51,083 nucleotides of DNA from an uncultured Bacilli bacterium (GCA_947624175.1 CANQJD010000003.1:1-51083), one strand, 5' to 3'. Numbered from the stretch's first letter, positions 20,334-29,941 are shown. Notes: generated from the sequence alone by a model not told the origin. A program made the numbers and translations.

Positions 20334-20363
20334 GTTTCCGGACGTCCTTGCCGTCCAGGAAAC
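20334..20363 (-). other. GC-rich hairpin directly 3' of the DGR target gene
   Basis: GTTTCC-T-GGACG-GCAAGGA-CGTCC-GGAAAC with no U-tract on the sense strand. Confidence 0.7.
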
Positions 20364-20364
20364 T

Positions 20365-22011
20365 CTATGCCATTTCCGGGTAATATGGAGTTGTCTCAGT
20401 TCCTTCTCCTTGTGTTATTTTTATCTCGGATATTAGATTAACAGACGGACGAACGCCGAGGTTGCCGCCCACGTTGCTACGGTGCACACTACCAGTCGTA
20501 TTCAAGTTAGCAACATAAATAGAACTGGTAGAGGAGGGAGACAACAAACATCCTCCATTACTTGGCATACTATTCATCCAACTTGATGATTTTATTGTAC
20601 TAAAATCTTTTAATTGGGTTTCCCAATTACTACTTTCCGTACTAAATCCATAATCACTTGGATACATTAAGGCTACTTTTCCTTCCCATATTGCTTTATT
20701 TCCTGCCCATACTCGACAATTTGGTGTTTCTGAAAAAGTTAAATCACTTCCTGTATTAGTTGATGGTCCATTCCCATCAGCACACTCACTTACTGCTCTT
20801 TCATTTGCATAGGCTTCCTTTGGTGTATCAAGTACCATACTAGATGAAGTTAATGATGTTACTGTTCCCAAATAATATTTTGTTTCTTCTATCATACTTA
20901 AAGTATCACCTTTTAAGTAACTTAAATATCCTTTATTTGCTTCTCCTTCGGTTTCATCTTCTTTTGTATTTAACCAATATTGTAATCCCGCAGTTGCCCA
21001 ATCATTATTATCTGTTCCACTTACTTTATTATTCCAATAAGCAGTAGTATCCATACTTTTTATATTATAAGTTGTGCCTTCTACTTCATATGTTTCAGGA
21101 AATATTCCACTTAATCTCTCATTTCTTACGATTTTTAAGTGTTCTTTACCACTTTCATCTTTGAATACTCCGATTATTCTCCATTTTTCACAATTAGAAC
21201 TTGCTGTTTCATATGTTGTTCCTTCACTACAATTAAAATAGATATAATTCTTTATTCCATCATTTCCAGAGTATCGATATTCTCTTACTTCGTCATCTTT
21301 AGAAGTTGTTGGAGTATTATCAGCCTTTACTCCAATTACTCCTCCTGGTTGACCTATTGTATCTTTTACTACATCAGTTCCTATTTCACTTTTTATACTT
21401 TTTTCATTGAAATCTCCAGTTACATTTACCTTGATACTTGCAAAAACATCATTCCATTCATCCATATCATAGTTTGCATCACTTGTATTTCCTATTATTG
21501 TTTTACTTGATATCCACATATATAATCTATAGGTTCTTGTTATTTTAGAGTTAGTTCCTGCTGGTATAGTGTTTACATATATTCCTTTTCCGGCTGCTAA
21601 TCCTGTATAACTTCCTTTTTCTATTAATACTTCTTCTTGGTTTTCATCTTTAACTTCTACTAATTTAAATGCTAATAAGTTATCTTCTATTCTCGTCCCT
21701 CTCGTCTCATGTGGTTCTCCATGTTGGATGTCTATTTCATACCAAATTGGTTTACTATAGGTATTTTTTCCTTCGATTGTAAACTCAAAATAATCATTTG
21801 CTCCTGGTCCTTCACTTGGCATAGCATTTTCAATTGTTAAAGCAGGGGTTTCTTTAAACTTCATGTAGATATCTCCCGTTACTAATATTTGATTATCAGT
21901 TGTTCTTGAATAATTCCATATTGCAAATGTTACTCCTAATACGGCAACTAATATGATTGCACTTATACTGGCTATTATTATACCTTTCTTTTTACTGCTT
22001 TGATTGTTCAT
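20365..22011 (-). CDS. Surface protein with SipW-type signal and C-terminal CLec-like variable domain (DGR target)
   Basis: N-terminal KKK-hydrophobic-GVTFAIW; WRIIG, KIVR, GKVALMYPSDY, LLSP...GVRPSVNL...GEGT...PY. Confidence 0.78.
   Translation of the reverse strand: MNNQSSKKKGIIIASISAIILVAVLGVTFAIWNYSRTTDNQILVTGDIYMKFKETPALTIENAMPSEGPGANDYFEFTIEGKNTYSKPIWYEIDIQHGEPHETRGTRIEDNLLAFKLVEVKDENQEEVLIEKGSYTGLAAGKGIYVNTIPAGTNSKITRTYRLYMWISSKTIIGNTSDANYDMDEWNDVFASIKVNVTGDFNEKSIKSEIGTDVVKDTIGQPGGVIGVKADNTPTTSKDDEVREYRYSGNDGIKNYIYFNCSEGTTYETASSNCEKWRIIGVFKDESGKEHLKIVRNERLSGIFPETYEVEGTTYNIKSMDTTAYWNNKVSGTDNNDWATAGLQYWLNTKEDETEGEANKGYLSYLKGDTLSMIEETKYYLGTVTSLTSSSMVLDTPKEAYANERAVSECADGNGPSTNTGSDLTFSETPNCRVWAGNKAIWEGKVALMYPSDYGFSTESSNWETQLKDFSTIKSSSWMNSMPSNGGCLLSPSSTSSIYVANLNTTGSVHRSNVGGNLGVRPSVNLISEIKITQGEGTETTPYYPEMA
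20437..20550 (-). other. Putative DGR variable region (VR) and IMH
   Basis: 38 consecutive codons with no third-position A, rich in NNC/NNT, ending GGCGTTCGTCCGTCT. Confidence 0.75.
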
Positions 22012-22060
22012 TTTATTATCTCCTTCCTCTAGGGTTTTGCCCCTTTACTTTGATATTTTT

Positions 22061-22089
22061 ATTATAAAATATTTTTAGGATTTTAGCAA
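22061..22089 (-). promoter_or_regulatory. Sigma-A promoter of the DGR target gene
   Basis: TTGCTA-N17-TATAAT on the minus strand, GGAAGGAG RBS downstream. Confidence 0.6.
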
Positions 22090-22108
22090 GTTTTTTTTTA
22101 AATCCTCA

Positions 22109-22170
22109 TGTGAAAAAAGACATATTTAAAATACGTATTATAAATACTGCATTTTATATGTCTTTTTACA
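22109..22170 (-). terminator. Long imperfect hairpin, probable terminator
   Basis: TGTAAAAAGACATAT...ATATGTCTTTTTTCACA arms with inner AAAATGC/GTATTTT and GTATT/AATAC pairing. Confidence 0.6.
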
Positions 22171-22192
22171 TCTTTTATTATAATTTAAATAA

Positions 22193-22288
22193 TTAAAGGT
22201 AGTAACCCCCCCCCATAGTTGACAAATCGTTAACTTTTGTGGCAAATTTATCATTTGTATAATTTAAATTCAATTCATAATTTGTCAT
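22193..22288 (-). CDS. Unannotated 31-aa sORF containing a G9 tract (MTNYELNLNYTNDKFATKVNDLSTMGGGYYL)
   Basis: AAAGGAAG RBS; promoter TTGATT-N17-TACTAT with extended TG at 22322-22350. Confidence 0.45.
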   Translation of the reverse strand: MTNYELNLNYTNDKFATKVNDLSTMGGGYYL

Positions 22289-22350
22289 ATGGGGTCACTT
22301 CCTTTATCTTATTACTATTTAATAGTATCATATCTAATGGAAATAATCAA

Positions 22351-22995
22351 CTATTTCTTTTTAGATTTTTTATCTTTTTTCTTTTCTTTCGTTTCAATTA
22401 ATTTAGCTTCTTCAACTACATCAGCATCTTGAACATGAGATTCTTTTTTAACTTCCGTTTCAAATACTATTCTTTCTTTTCGACTAAAAACATATCCAAA
22501 TATTTCTACAATAGAATAAACCATTAATACTAAACCATAGGCTTTAAAGGCTAAATTAGTTCTTAAGATAGTATATAACCCACCTGCTATTAATAATAAG
22601 GAAAGTATTAATAGAACAAAGAAATTAGTATCTTTCTTTTCTAACATTAAAGCATTAGCAAGTCTAGTTATACCACATATTAATATCCAACCACCAATTA
22701 TAAATCTAATTAAAGTTTCAATTACTCCACCTAAAAAGATAAAGATTAAACCTACAACAATCATTAGAATACCTATAACCATACCTATAGATGATGTTGT
22801 ATTATCCTTTTTTACTTCAATATAGTTTTTAATACAACTAAATACTCCAAGTAAAGCTATTAAACCACCTATTACATAAGTTACTACTAAAACTACTGCT
22901 TCAGGATTAGAATAAATAATAGCTCCTAATATAAATAACACAACTGAACTAATTAATAGCATAACATTCGTATATGCACTTACTTTTATTTTCAT
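22351..22995 (-). CDS. DUF308/HdeD-like membrane protein
   Basis: Six hydrophobic helices in a repeated pattern, charged tail. Confidence 0.75.
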   Translation of the reverse strand: MKIKVSAYTNVMLLISSVVLFILGAIIYSNPEAVVLVVTYVIGGLIALLGVFSCIKNYIEVKKDNTTSSIGMVIGILMIVVGLIFIFLGGVIETLIRFIIGGWILICGITRLANALMLEKKDTNFFVLLILSLLLIAGGLYTILRTNLAFKAYGLVLMVYSIVEIFGYVFSRKERIVFETEVKKESHVQDADVVEEAKLIETKEKKKDKKSKKK

Positions 22996-23058
22996 ATCTA
23001 CCTCACTTTAATATAAGTATACAACAAAAAAATAAAAAAGGGAATAAAAAAACAAAGA

Positions 23059-23880
23059 TTAATGAAATTTTAACATCTTTGTTTTAACTTTATTTGTACT
23101 ACTACTTAAAAACATAAAATCATCATCTGGAATAATTGGTTCATCAAACCAATTATCAGGATTTAAATCCGAATTATTATCAGGATTATCTGGGTCAAAA
23201 TAACTTGGAATATCTGAATTTTCTTCATTATCATCATTAAAGATATTCTCTTCTTCACTATCAAGATAAGTTAAAGAATTATCAGTTATACTACTACTTG
23301 CTACTATATCAAAAAGACTACCTACTTTAATATATGGATATTCATCCATAATATTTTCAAGTATACTAACATAATCACTTTTTACAAAAGAATCAGTTTC
23401 TATATCATATTTATAAGCATAAAAACCAGCAGTTGCTGTAAGTGGTTCTCCATTTTGGTCATATGCAACTACATTTTCCCAACCATTAGTTGCTCTTTCA
23501 TATTGGATTAAATCTAAATTATCACTAATGGGAACTAAACCTTCAGCCATTAATCTTTTTTGAAAATCTTTATCATCATAATCATCAAAATTTAATTTAA
23601 ATTGATTAGTTTTATAAAAACCATTTATTTTTTCTTCTTCACTATTAAGATATACACTATATCTCCTATTATTTACATATAAATGACTATGTTTACCTGG
23701 AATATGACAACTATCTTTATCAAAATGTTTATAAGTAGCAATTCCAACGATTGAACCTACTAAAACTAATGAAACACCACGTATTATTGTTTTCTTAATA
23801 TTTTTCTTATTTCTTTTCTTATACATACCTATCCCCCAACAAGCATATATTCTAGCATAAAAGGCTAGAAAATACAACAT
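23059..23880 (-). CDS. Membrane-anchored hypothetical protein (probable start 23826)
   Basis: Basic N-terminus plus TM, CHIPGKHSHLY motif, acidic D/P/N-rich tail. Confidence 0.65.
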   Translation of the reverse strand: MLYFLAFYARIYACWGIGMYKKRNKKNIKKTIIRGVSLVLVGSIVGIATYKHFDKDSCHIPGKHSHLYVNNRRYSVYLNSEEEKINGFYKTNQFKLNFDDYDDKDFQKRLMAEGLVPISDNLDLIQYERATNGWENVVAYDQNGEPLTATAGFYAYKYDIETDSFVKSDYVSILENIMDEYPYIKVGSLFDIVASSSITDNSLTYLDSEEENIFNDDNEENSDIPSYFDPDNPDNNSDLNPDNWFDEPIIPDDDFMFLSSSTNKVKTKMLKFH

Positions 23881-23955
23881 TTTTTTTACTTTAACTTGTG
23901 TAATTTTTTAGAAAATGTTAAAATTAATTTATAATTTATTTAAAGGAGTGAAAAA

Positions 23956-24258
23956 ATGAATTACGATTATATTAAAACGTTAAAAGATGATGATACTATT
24001 TTAGTTAAAACTACTTTACTATTATATATGTATTCTTATTATGAAACTAATGAATTATTAGATGAAAATTTAAAGATAATGTTTGATAAAATGATTTCCT
24101 TAATTAAAACAAGTGGAAGTAAACCTGATATCGTACAACCTCCATATTTTAAAATGAGTATTCGTGATGTTAAAAAGATTTTTTCTAAAGCACCTAATGA
24201 TATTTATACTAATTTATCTTTTAAAGAAGATGAAAGTCCTAAAAGTAAAAGTAAATAA
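23956..24258 (+). CDS. Hypothetical protein
   Basis: Strong AAGGAG RBS, 100 aa. Confidence 0.65.
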   Translation: MNYDYIKTLKDDDTILVKTTLLLYMYSYYETNELLDENLKIMFDKMISLIKTSGSKPDIVQPPYFKMSIRDVKKIFSKAPNDIYTNLSFKEDESPKSKSK

Positions 24259-24315
24259 TTGACAAGTATATTTAAAAACAATAAATGTTTTGTTATAATT
24301 AGTTTAGGTGGTAAA

Positions 24316-25899
24316 ATGAGTGATTATGAAATAAGTAAACAGGCTAAGTTAAAGCCTATTAAAGAAATTGCTAAAAAAATTGGATTAAAGGAAGATTTAA
24401 TTAGTCCTTATGGTAAATATATGGCTAAAATTCCAATTATTGATAAGAAACCTTATGGTAAATTAATTTTAGTAACTTCAACTAATCCTACTCCTTATGG
24501 AGAAGGTAAAACAACCTTAGCAGTTGGTTTGAATGATTCTTTAAATAAAAATGGTTATAAAGCAATTGTTGCTTTAAGAGAACCTTCCTTAGGTCCTGTA
24601 TTTGGAACTAAAGGAGGAGCAGCTGGTGGTGGAAAAAGTCAAGTTGCTCCGATGAATGATATTAATTTACATTTTACAGGTGATTTTCATGCTATAACTT
24701 CGGCTAATAATTTAATATCTGCAATAATTGATAATCATATTTATCAAGGTAATAAGTTAGAAATCGAAGATGTTTATTTTGAAAGATGTTTAGATGTTAA
24801 TGATAGAGCTTTAAGAAATATTGATTTAGGAACCAGAAGGGAACATTTTACAATTACAGCTGCTTCTCAAATCATGGCTATCTTCACACTTGCTAAAGAT
24901 ATAGATGATTTAAGAATAAAACTTGATAACATTTTAGTTGGTAAAAGTAAAACGGGTAAAGATATTTATTTAAAAGATTTACATGGAACTGGTGCGGTTT
25001 TAGCCCTTCTTAAAGATGCTTTTAAGCCAAATCTTGTTCAAACATTAGAAAATAATCCGGCGATTATTCATGGTGGACCTTTTGCTAATATAGCTCATGG
25101 TTGTAATTCCGTGGTTGCAACCAAGACCGCTTTAAGTTTAGCTGATTATGTAATAACTGAAGCCGGATTTGGAAGTGATATGGGAGCTGTTAAATTTTTA
25201 GATATAAAGTGTGCTCTTAATAACTTATATCCTGATTTAATAATTATCAATGCAACGATTAGAAGTTTAAAATATCATGGAAATGGTAATTTAGATAAAG
25301 GTTTAGAAAACTTAAAATTCCATATTTTAAATATGCAAAAATTTAATGATAATGTTTTAGTTATTTTAAATAAGTTTGAAAATGATACTAAAGACGAAAT
25401 TAAAACTTTAGAAAATTATTGTAGTTCTTTAAATGTTAAAGTTTTAATTAGTAATATGTATAAAAATGGTAGTAAACAAACTAAAGAAATTGCTAATACA
25501 GTAGTAGAATATGCTAATAAGAAAAATACAAAACATTATGAAATTTATAAAGAAACTGATGATATCTTAATGAAAGTTTCAAAATTTGCACATGATATCT
25601 ATGGAGCAAGTGAAGTTATTTATAAAGATAATTTAGATAAAGAATTAAAGAGTCTTGATAAAAAATATCAACATTATAAAATTTGTATATCTAAAACACC
25701 GGCTTCAATTACTGATAATAAAGATGTACTTGGATATCCAAAAGATTTCACTATGACTGTTACAGGTTATAAAATCAATAATGGAGCTGGCTTCATAACT
25801 ATTCTTATGGGTGGAGTTGTTAGAATGCCAGGTTTATCAGATAAGGCTAATTATTTAAATATAGATGTTAAAGATGATGAGATACTCGGAATATTCTAG
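24316..25899 (+). CDS. fhs: Formate--tetrahydrofolate ligase
   Basis: TPYGEGKTT, LREPSLGP, NLHFTGDFHAI, HGGPFANIAHG, TEAGFG, MPGL; start moved to MSDYEI after AGGTGG RBS. Confidence 0.96.
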   Translation: MSDYEISKQAKLKPIKEIAKKIGLKEDLISPYGKYMAKIPIIDKKPYGKLILVTSTNPTPYGEGKTTLAVGLNDSLNKNGYKAIVALREPSLGPVFGTKGGAAGGGKSQVAPMNDINLHFTGDFHAITSANNLISAIIDNHIYQGNKLEIEDVYFERCLDVNDRALRNIDLGTRREHFTITAASQIMAIFTLAKDIDDLRIKLDNILVGKSKTGKDIYLKDLHGTGAVLALLKDAFKPNLVQTLENNPAIIHGGPFANIAHGCNSVVATKTALSLADYVITEAGFGSDMGAVKFLDIKCALNNLYPDLIIINATIRSLKYHGNGNLDKGLENLKFHILNMQKFNDNVLVILNKFENDTKDEIKTLENYCSSLNVKVLISNMYKNGSKQTKEIANTVVEYANKKNTKHYEIYKETDDILMKVSKFAHDIYGASEVIYKDNLDKELKSLDKKYQHYKICISKTPASITDNKDVLGYPKDFTMTVTGYKINNGAGFITILMGGVVRMPGLSDKANYLNIDVKDDEILGIF

Positions 25900-25922
25900 A
25901 AATCACGAAAGTGATTTTTTTC
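25900..25922 (+). terminator. Rho-independent terminator after fhs
   Basis: AAATCAC-GAAA-GTGATTT followed by a T run. Confidence 0.8.
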
Positions 25923-26061
25923 TTCTAAAATTGTTTATTTAATAACTATCTTATAGTATAATAATTAAGATATTTTAATTGGAATTATATAGACTAGTTA
26001 CACACTGTGTAACCAGTAAGGTTAAATCTAATATTTAAAACTAAATAGAGATAAGAAATCC

Positions 26062-26233
26062 ACGTTTGAATTAGTATATTATAAAACCAAGTGGAGACCA
26101 ACTTAATGCTATAAATGAAGTTAATAAACAAACTTTAGTTCTTGCTCCTAATAAGACTTTAGCTGGACAATTATATTCTGAATCAAAAGAATTATTTTCT
26201 AATAATCGCATTGAATATTTTATTAGTTATTAT
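26062..26233 (+). pseudogene. uvrB: Decayed copy of the uvrB 5' end
   Basis: Aligns by eye to 27988-28257 (AAACCAAGTGGAGACCAAC; AAACAAACTTTAGTTCTTGCTC; GGACAATTATATTCTGAAT); ATG changed to ACG; internal deletion of about 96 bp. Confidence 0.88.
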
Positions 26234-26342
26234 AATATTCACTTAAAATTCATGTTATTTGTTTTTTTTAACATAAATGCCAAAAAAATGTTCTTTTTTT
26301 TAGGAAAATATGATATAATTCCTTATGAAAGGAACATTAAAT

Positions 26343-26933
26343 ATGAATTATGAAGAAAAGGTCTTAAATATTTTAAATGAGAAAAAAATTATAACTACAA
26401 ATGAACTAACTAAATTAAATATACCAAATGTTGTTTTAACAAGACTCATTGAAAAGAAAAAAATTGAAAGAGCTAAAAGAGGTATATATGTTTTACCAAA
26501 TTCATTTGGGGATGAATATTATACTTTATTGTATGGAATAAATGATGCAACCTACTCTTATTTTACTGCATTATATTTTTATAATTTATGTGAAAGAGTT
26601 CCACTCAAGTATGATGTTACAGTTAAGAGAAATTATGGTGGTTCTTTAATAAAAAATGAAAATGTTAATTTACATTATGTAGATGAAAGTATACTTGATT
26701 TAGGTAGAACTAAAGTAAAAAGTCCTCAAGGACAAGAAATAGTATGCTATGATATTGAAAGATGTTTATGTGACCTAATAAAAGATAAAGATAATCTTTA
26801 CTTTGAATATGTCAAATATGCGTTTGTAAAATATTATAGAGAGGAAAAACATGATACTTTTAAATTATACAAATATGCTAAGTTGATGAAAATAGAAAAA
26901 CAAGTACATGAATTTATGGAGGCATTATTATGA
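26343..26933 (+). CDS. abiEi: Type IV TA antitoxin AbiEi family
   Basis: N-terminal wHTH (IERAKRGIY), [16 protein letters not shown]; start after AAAGGA RBS. Confidence 0.88.
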   Translation: MNYEEKVLNILNEKKIITTNELTKLNIPNVVLTRLIEKKKIERAKRGIYVLPNSFGDEYYTLLYGINDATYSYFTALYFYNLCERVPLKYDVTVKRNYGGSLIKNENVNLHYVDESILDLGRTKVKSPQGQEIVCYDIERCLCDLIKDKDNLYFEYVKYAFVKYYREEKHDTFKLYKYAKLMKIEKQVHEFMEALL

Positions 26934-27766
26934 ATAGTGAAAGTTTAAAAGCAAAAATTAACAACCGAGCCAAAAAAAACAAAGTTATGCCACAAGATTT
27001 AATGCAAATGTATTTTTTTGAAAGATTACTATATAGAATTTCCATCAGTAAATATAAACATAATTTTATTTTAAAAGGTGGTCTATTACTTTCTGCCTTA
27101 TTTGGTGATGAAAGAAGAACAACTCAAGATATGGATACAATGATAAAAGGTATCGAAATAGAAAATGATATATTAAATCCTATTTTAGAAGAAATTATTA
27201 ATATAAATGGTGATGATGGAATAGAATTTAAAATATTAAAATCAAGTAATATTAGGAATCAGGACAAATATGGTGGAATTAGAATATCATTATTAGGCAT
27301 AAAAGAAGAATTACAAGTAAACCTAAAAATTGATATTACGACTAAAGATCCTATCATACCAAGAGAAATTAATTTTAAATATAAAAGTATGTTTGATAAT
27401 TCATATATTAATATTATGGTGTTTCCGAAAGAAAGTATCATAGCTGAAAAGTTTCAAACTTTAATAGAAGATACAGAAAGTGATACAAGAGCTAAAGATT
27501 TTTATGATTTGTATATGTTAATGAAAGAAGATATAGATAAAGAAAATTTAAGAAAGGCTATCATAAATACTTTTAAAAGACGAGAAAAAAGTTATATCTT
27601 AAAAGAAATTGAAGAAAGGTATGATATGATTTCTAAAAGTGATATTTTAAAATCATATTGGAATAGCTTTAAAAAAAGTCATATTTATGCTTCTAATATT
27701 AGTTATGATGAAATTGTTGATAAAATAGAAGAAATTGTTAATGTAATTATTGGGGTAACTGTTTAA
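26930..27766 (+). CDS. abiEii: Type IV TA toxin AbiEii nucleotidyltransferase
   Basis: ERLLYRIS, LKGG, RTTQDMD, AEK, TRAKDFYD; ATGA overlap with abiEi. Confidence 0.92.
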   Translation: MNSESLKAKINNRAKKNKVMPQDLMQMYFFERLLYRISISKYKHNFILKGGLLLSALFGDERRTTQDMDTMIKGIEIENDILNPILEEIININGDDGIEFKILKSSNIRNQDKYGGIRISLLGIKEELQVNLKIDITTKDPIIPREINFKYKSMFDNSYINIMVFPKESIIAEKFQTLIEDTESDTRAKDFYDLYMLMKEDIDKENLRKAIINTFKRREKSYILKEIEERYDMISKSDILKSYWNSFKKSHIYASNISYDEIVDKIEEIVNVIIGVTV

Positions 27767-27987
27767 CAATAAAGTATGGAAACATACAGTGTTTCCTTGT
27801 TTTGTTTATAAAATCGTGTTAAAATATCTTATTGAAATTTACTTTATATCGTCTAATGTTATTTAGTGCTATTTGGTAAATTTATGACCGACATTCGTGT
27901 CCTATAAAAAAGTTAGATTTTTATATAAAAAAATTTGATTTGGACACGAATTTCATGTTTGATAGTAATCATATTAAGGAGGTAATT

Positions 27988-29940
27988 ATGTTCGAATTAG
28001 TATCTAATTATAAACCAAGTGGAGACCAACCTAATGCTATAAATGAATTAGTTAAGGGAATAAATGAAGGTAAGAAGCATCAAGTATTACTTGGAGCAAC
28101 CGGAACTGGTAAAACATTTACAATTGCCAATGTTATAAAAGAAGTTAACAAACAAACTTTAGTTCTTGCTCATAACAAAACTTTAGCCGGACAATTATAT
28201 TCTGAATTAAAAGAGTTGTTTCCTAATAACCGAGTTGAATATTTTGTTTCTTATTATGATTATTATCAACCAGAAGCCTATGTTCCATCAAGTGATACTT
28301 ATATTGAAAAAGATGCTCAAATAAATGATGAAATAGATGAATTAAGACATTCAGCCACCAGTGCTCTTTTATCTCGTGATGATGTAATCGTGGTTGCCAG
28401 TGTTTCTTGTATCTATGGAATTGGAGAAGTTGAAGAATATCGGAATAAAACCTTAACTTTAAAAGTAAATGATACAGTAGATAGAAATCAAATTATGTTA
28501 AAGTTAGTTGATATGTTATATGAAAGAAATGAATTTGATTTTAAAAGAGGAACTTTTAGAGTAAGAGGTGATATTTTAGAAATTATTCCATCTAATGAAC
28601 ATGCCCATGGCTTAAGAATCGAATTTTTTGGAGAAGAAATTGATCGAATAAGTGAAATAGACGTTTTAACAGGAGGAGTAATTAGTAATAAAAAAAGTGT
28701 TACTATCTTCCCAGCTAGTCACTTTGTAACGAATGAAGATACTCTAAAACTTGCTATTAAAAATATCAAGGCTGAGTTAGAAGAAAGAATTAAGTATTTT
28801 AATGATAATAATAAACCCCTTGAGGCTGAAAGAATAAGAGAAAGAACTAACTATGATATGGAAATGTTAGAAGAAACAGGCTTTTGTCATGGAATTGAAA
28901 ACTATTCAAGACATTTGGCTTTAAAACCAGCCGGGGCTACCCCTACTTGTCTTCTTGATTTCTTTAATAAAGATTTTTTACTTGTAATTGATGAATCCCA
29001 TGTTACGATTCCTCAAGTAAGAGGTATGTATAATGGAGATAGAGCAAGAAAACTTAATTTAGTTGACTATGGATTTCGTCTTCCAAGTGCCCTAGATAAT
29101 AGACCCCTTAAATTTCCTGAATTTGAATCAAAACTTAATCAAGTAATCTATGTTTCAGCAACGCCTGGGGACTATGAACTAGCCCTTACTAATCAAAAAT
29201 ATATTGAACAAATTATTAGACCAACTGGTCTTTTAGACCCAACCATTGAAGTAAGAAAAACCAAAGGTCAAATTGAAGATTTAGTTGGAGAAATAAACGA
29301 AAGAATCGAAAAAAATGAAAGAGTTTTAGTTACTACTTTAACGATTCGAATGGCTGAAGAGTTAACCAATTATTTAAAACAAATTGATATTAAGGTTGCT
29401 TACTTACATTCTGAAATTAAGACTTTAGAAAGAATGAAAATCATTAGAGATTTAAGACTTGGTACCTATGATGTATTAGTTGGTATTAATCTTTTAAGAG
29501 AAGGACTTGATATTCCAGAAGTAAGTTTAATTGCTATCCTTGATGCTGATAAAGAAGGATTCTTAAGAAGTGAAAGAAGTCTAATTCAAACGATTGGAAG
29601 ATGTGCAAGAAATGCAAATGGTCATGTTATTTTATATGGTGATAAAGTAACTGAAAGTATGCAGTATGCGATTGACGAAACGAAAAGAAGACGGGATATT
29701 CAAACTAAATATAATCTAGAACATGGAATTACCCCTAAAACAATTATTAAAGAAATCAGGGATTTAATTTCTAATGTTGATACCAAAGAAGATAAGAAAG
29801 AAACTAAGAAGATGACTAAGAAAGAAAAGATAGATATGATGTCAAGAATTGAAGAAGAAATGAAGGAAGCTGCTAAAAATCTTGACTTTGAAAGAGCTAT
29901 GGAACTTCGGGATATCTTATTTGAAATGAAAGTGGAATAA
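27988..29940 (+). CDS. uvrB: Excinuclease ABC subunit B
   Basis: [36 protein letters not shown]-terminal UVR coil; start after AAGGAGG. Confidence 0.98.
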   Translation: MFELVSNYKPSGDQPNAINELVKGINEGKKHQVLLGATGTGKTFTIANVIKEVNKQTLVLAHNKTLAGQLYSELKELFPNNRVEYFVSYYDYYQPEAYVPSSDTYIEKDAQINDEIDELRHSATSALLSRDDVIVVASVSCIYGIGEVEEYRNKTLTLKVNDTVDRNQIMLKLVDMLYERNEFDFKRGTFRVRGDILEIIPSNEHAHGLRIEFFGEEIDRISEIDVLTGGVISNKKSVTIFPASHFVTNEDTLKLAIKNIKAELEERIKYFNDNNKPLEAERIRERTNYDMEMLEETGFCHGIENYSRHLALKPAGATPTCLLDFFNKDFLLVIDESHVTIPQVRGMYNGDRARKLNLVDYGFRLPSALDNRPLKFPEFESKLNQVIYVSATPGDYELALTNQKYIEQIIRPTGLLDPTIEVRKTKGQIEDLVGEINERIEKNERVLVTTLTIRMAEELTNYLKQIDIKVAYLHSEIKTLERMKIIRDLRLGTYDVLVGINLLREGLDIPEVSLIAILDADKEGFLRSERSLIQTIGRCARNANGHVILYGDKVTESMQYAIDETKRRRDIQTKYNLEHGITPKTIIKEIRDLISNVDTKEDKKETKKMTKKEKIDMMSRIEEEMKEAAKNLDFERAMELRDILFEMKVE

Positions 29941-29941
29941 T

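Noticed and set aside
22030-22045. c-di-GMP-I riboswitch suggested by GGGCAAAACCC
   Set aside because: Only a 4-bp hairpin; the UTR is too short and the remaining conserved elements are missing
22109-22306. Invertible promoter flanked by inverted repeats
   Set aside because: Arms are imperfect with bulges and G-U pairs, and no recombinase is nearby; RNA structure fits better
27900-27987. LexA (Cheo) box before uvrB
   Set aside because: No convincing GAAC-N4-GTTC match
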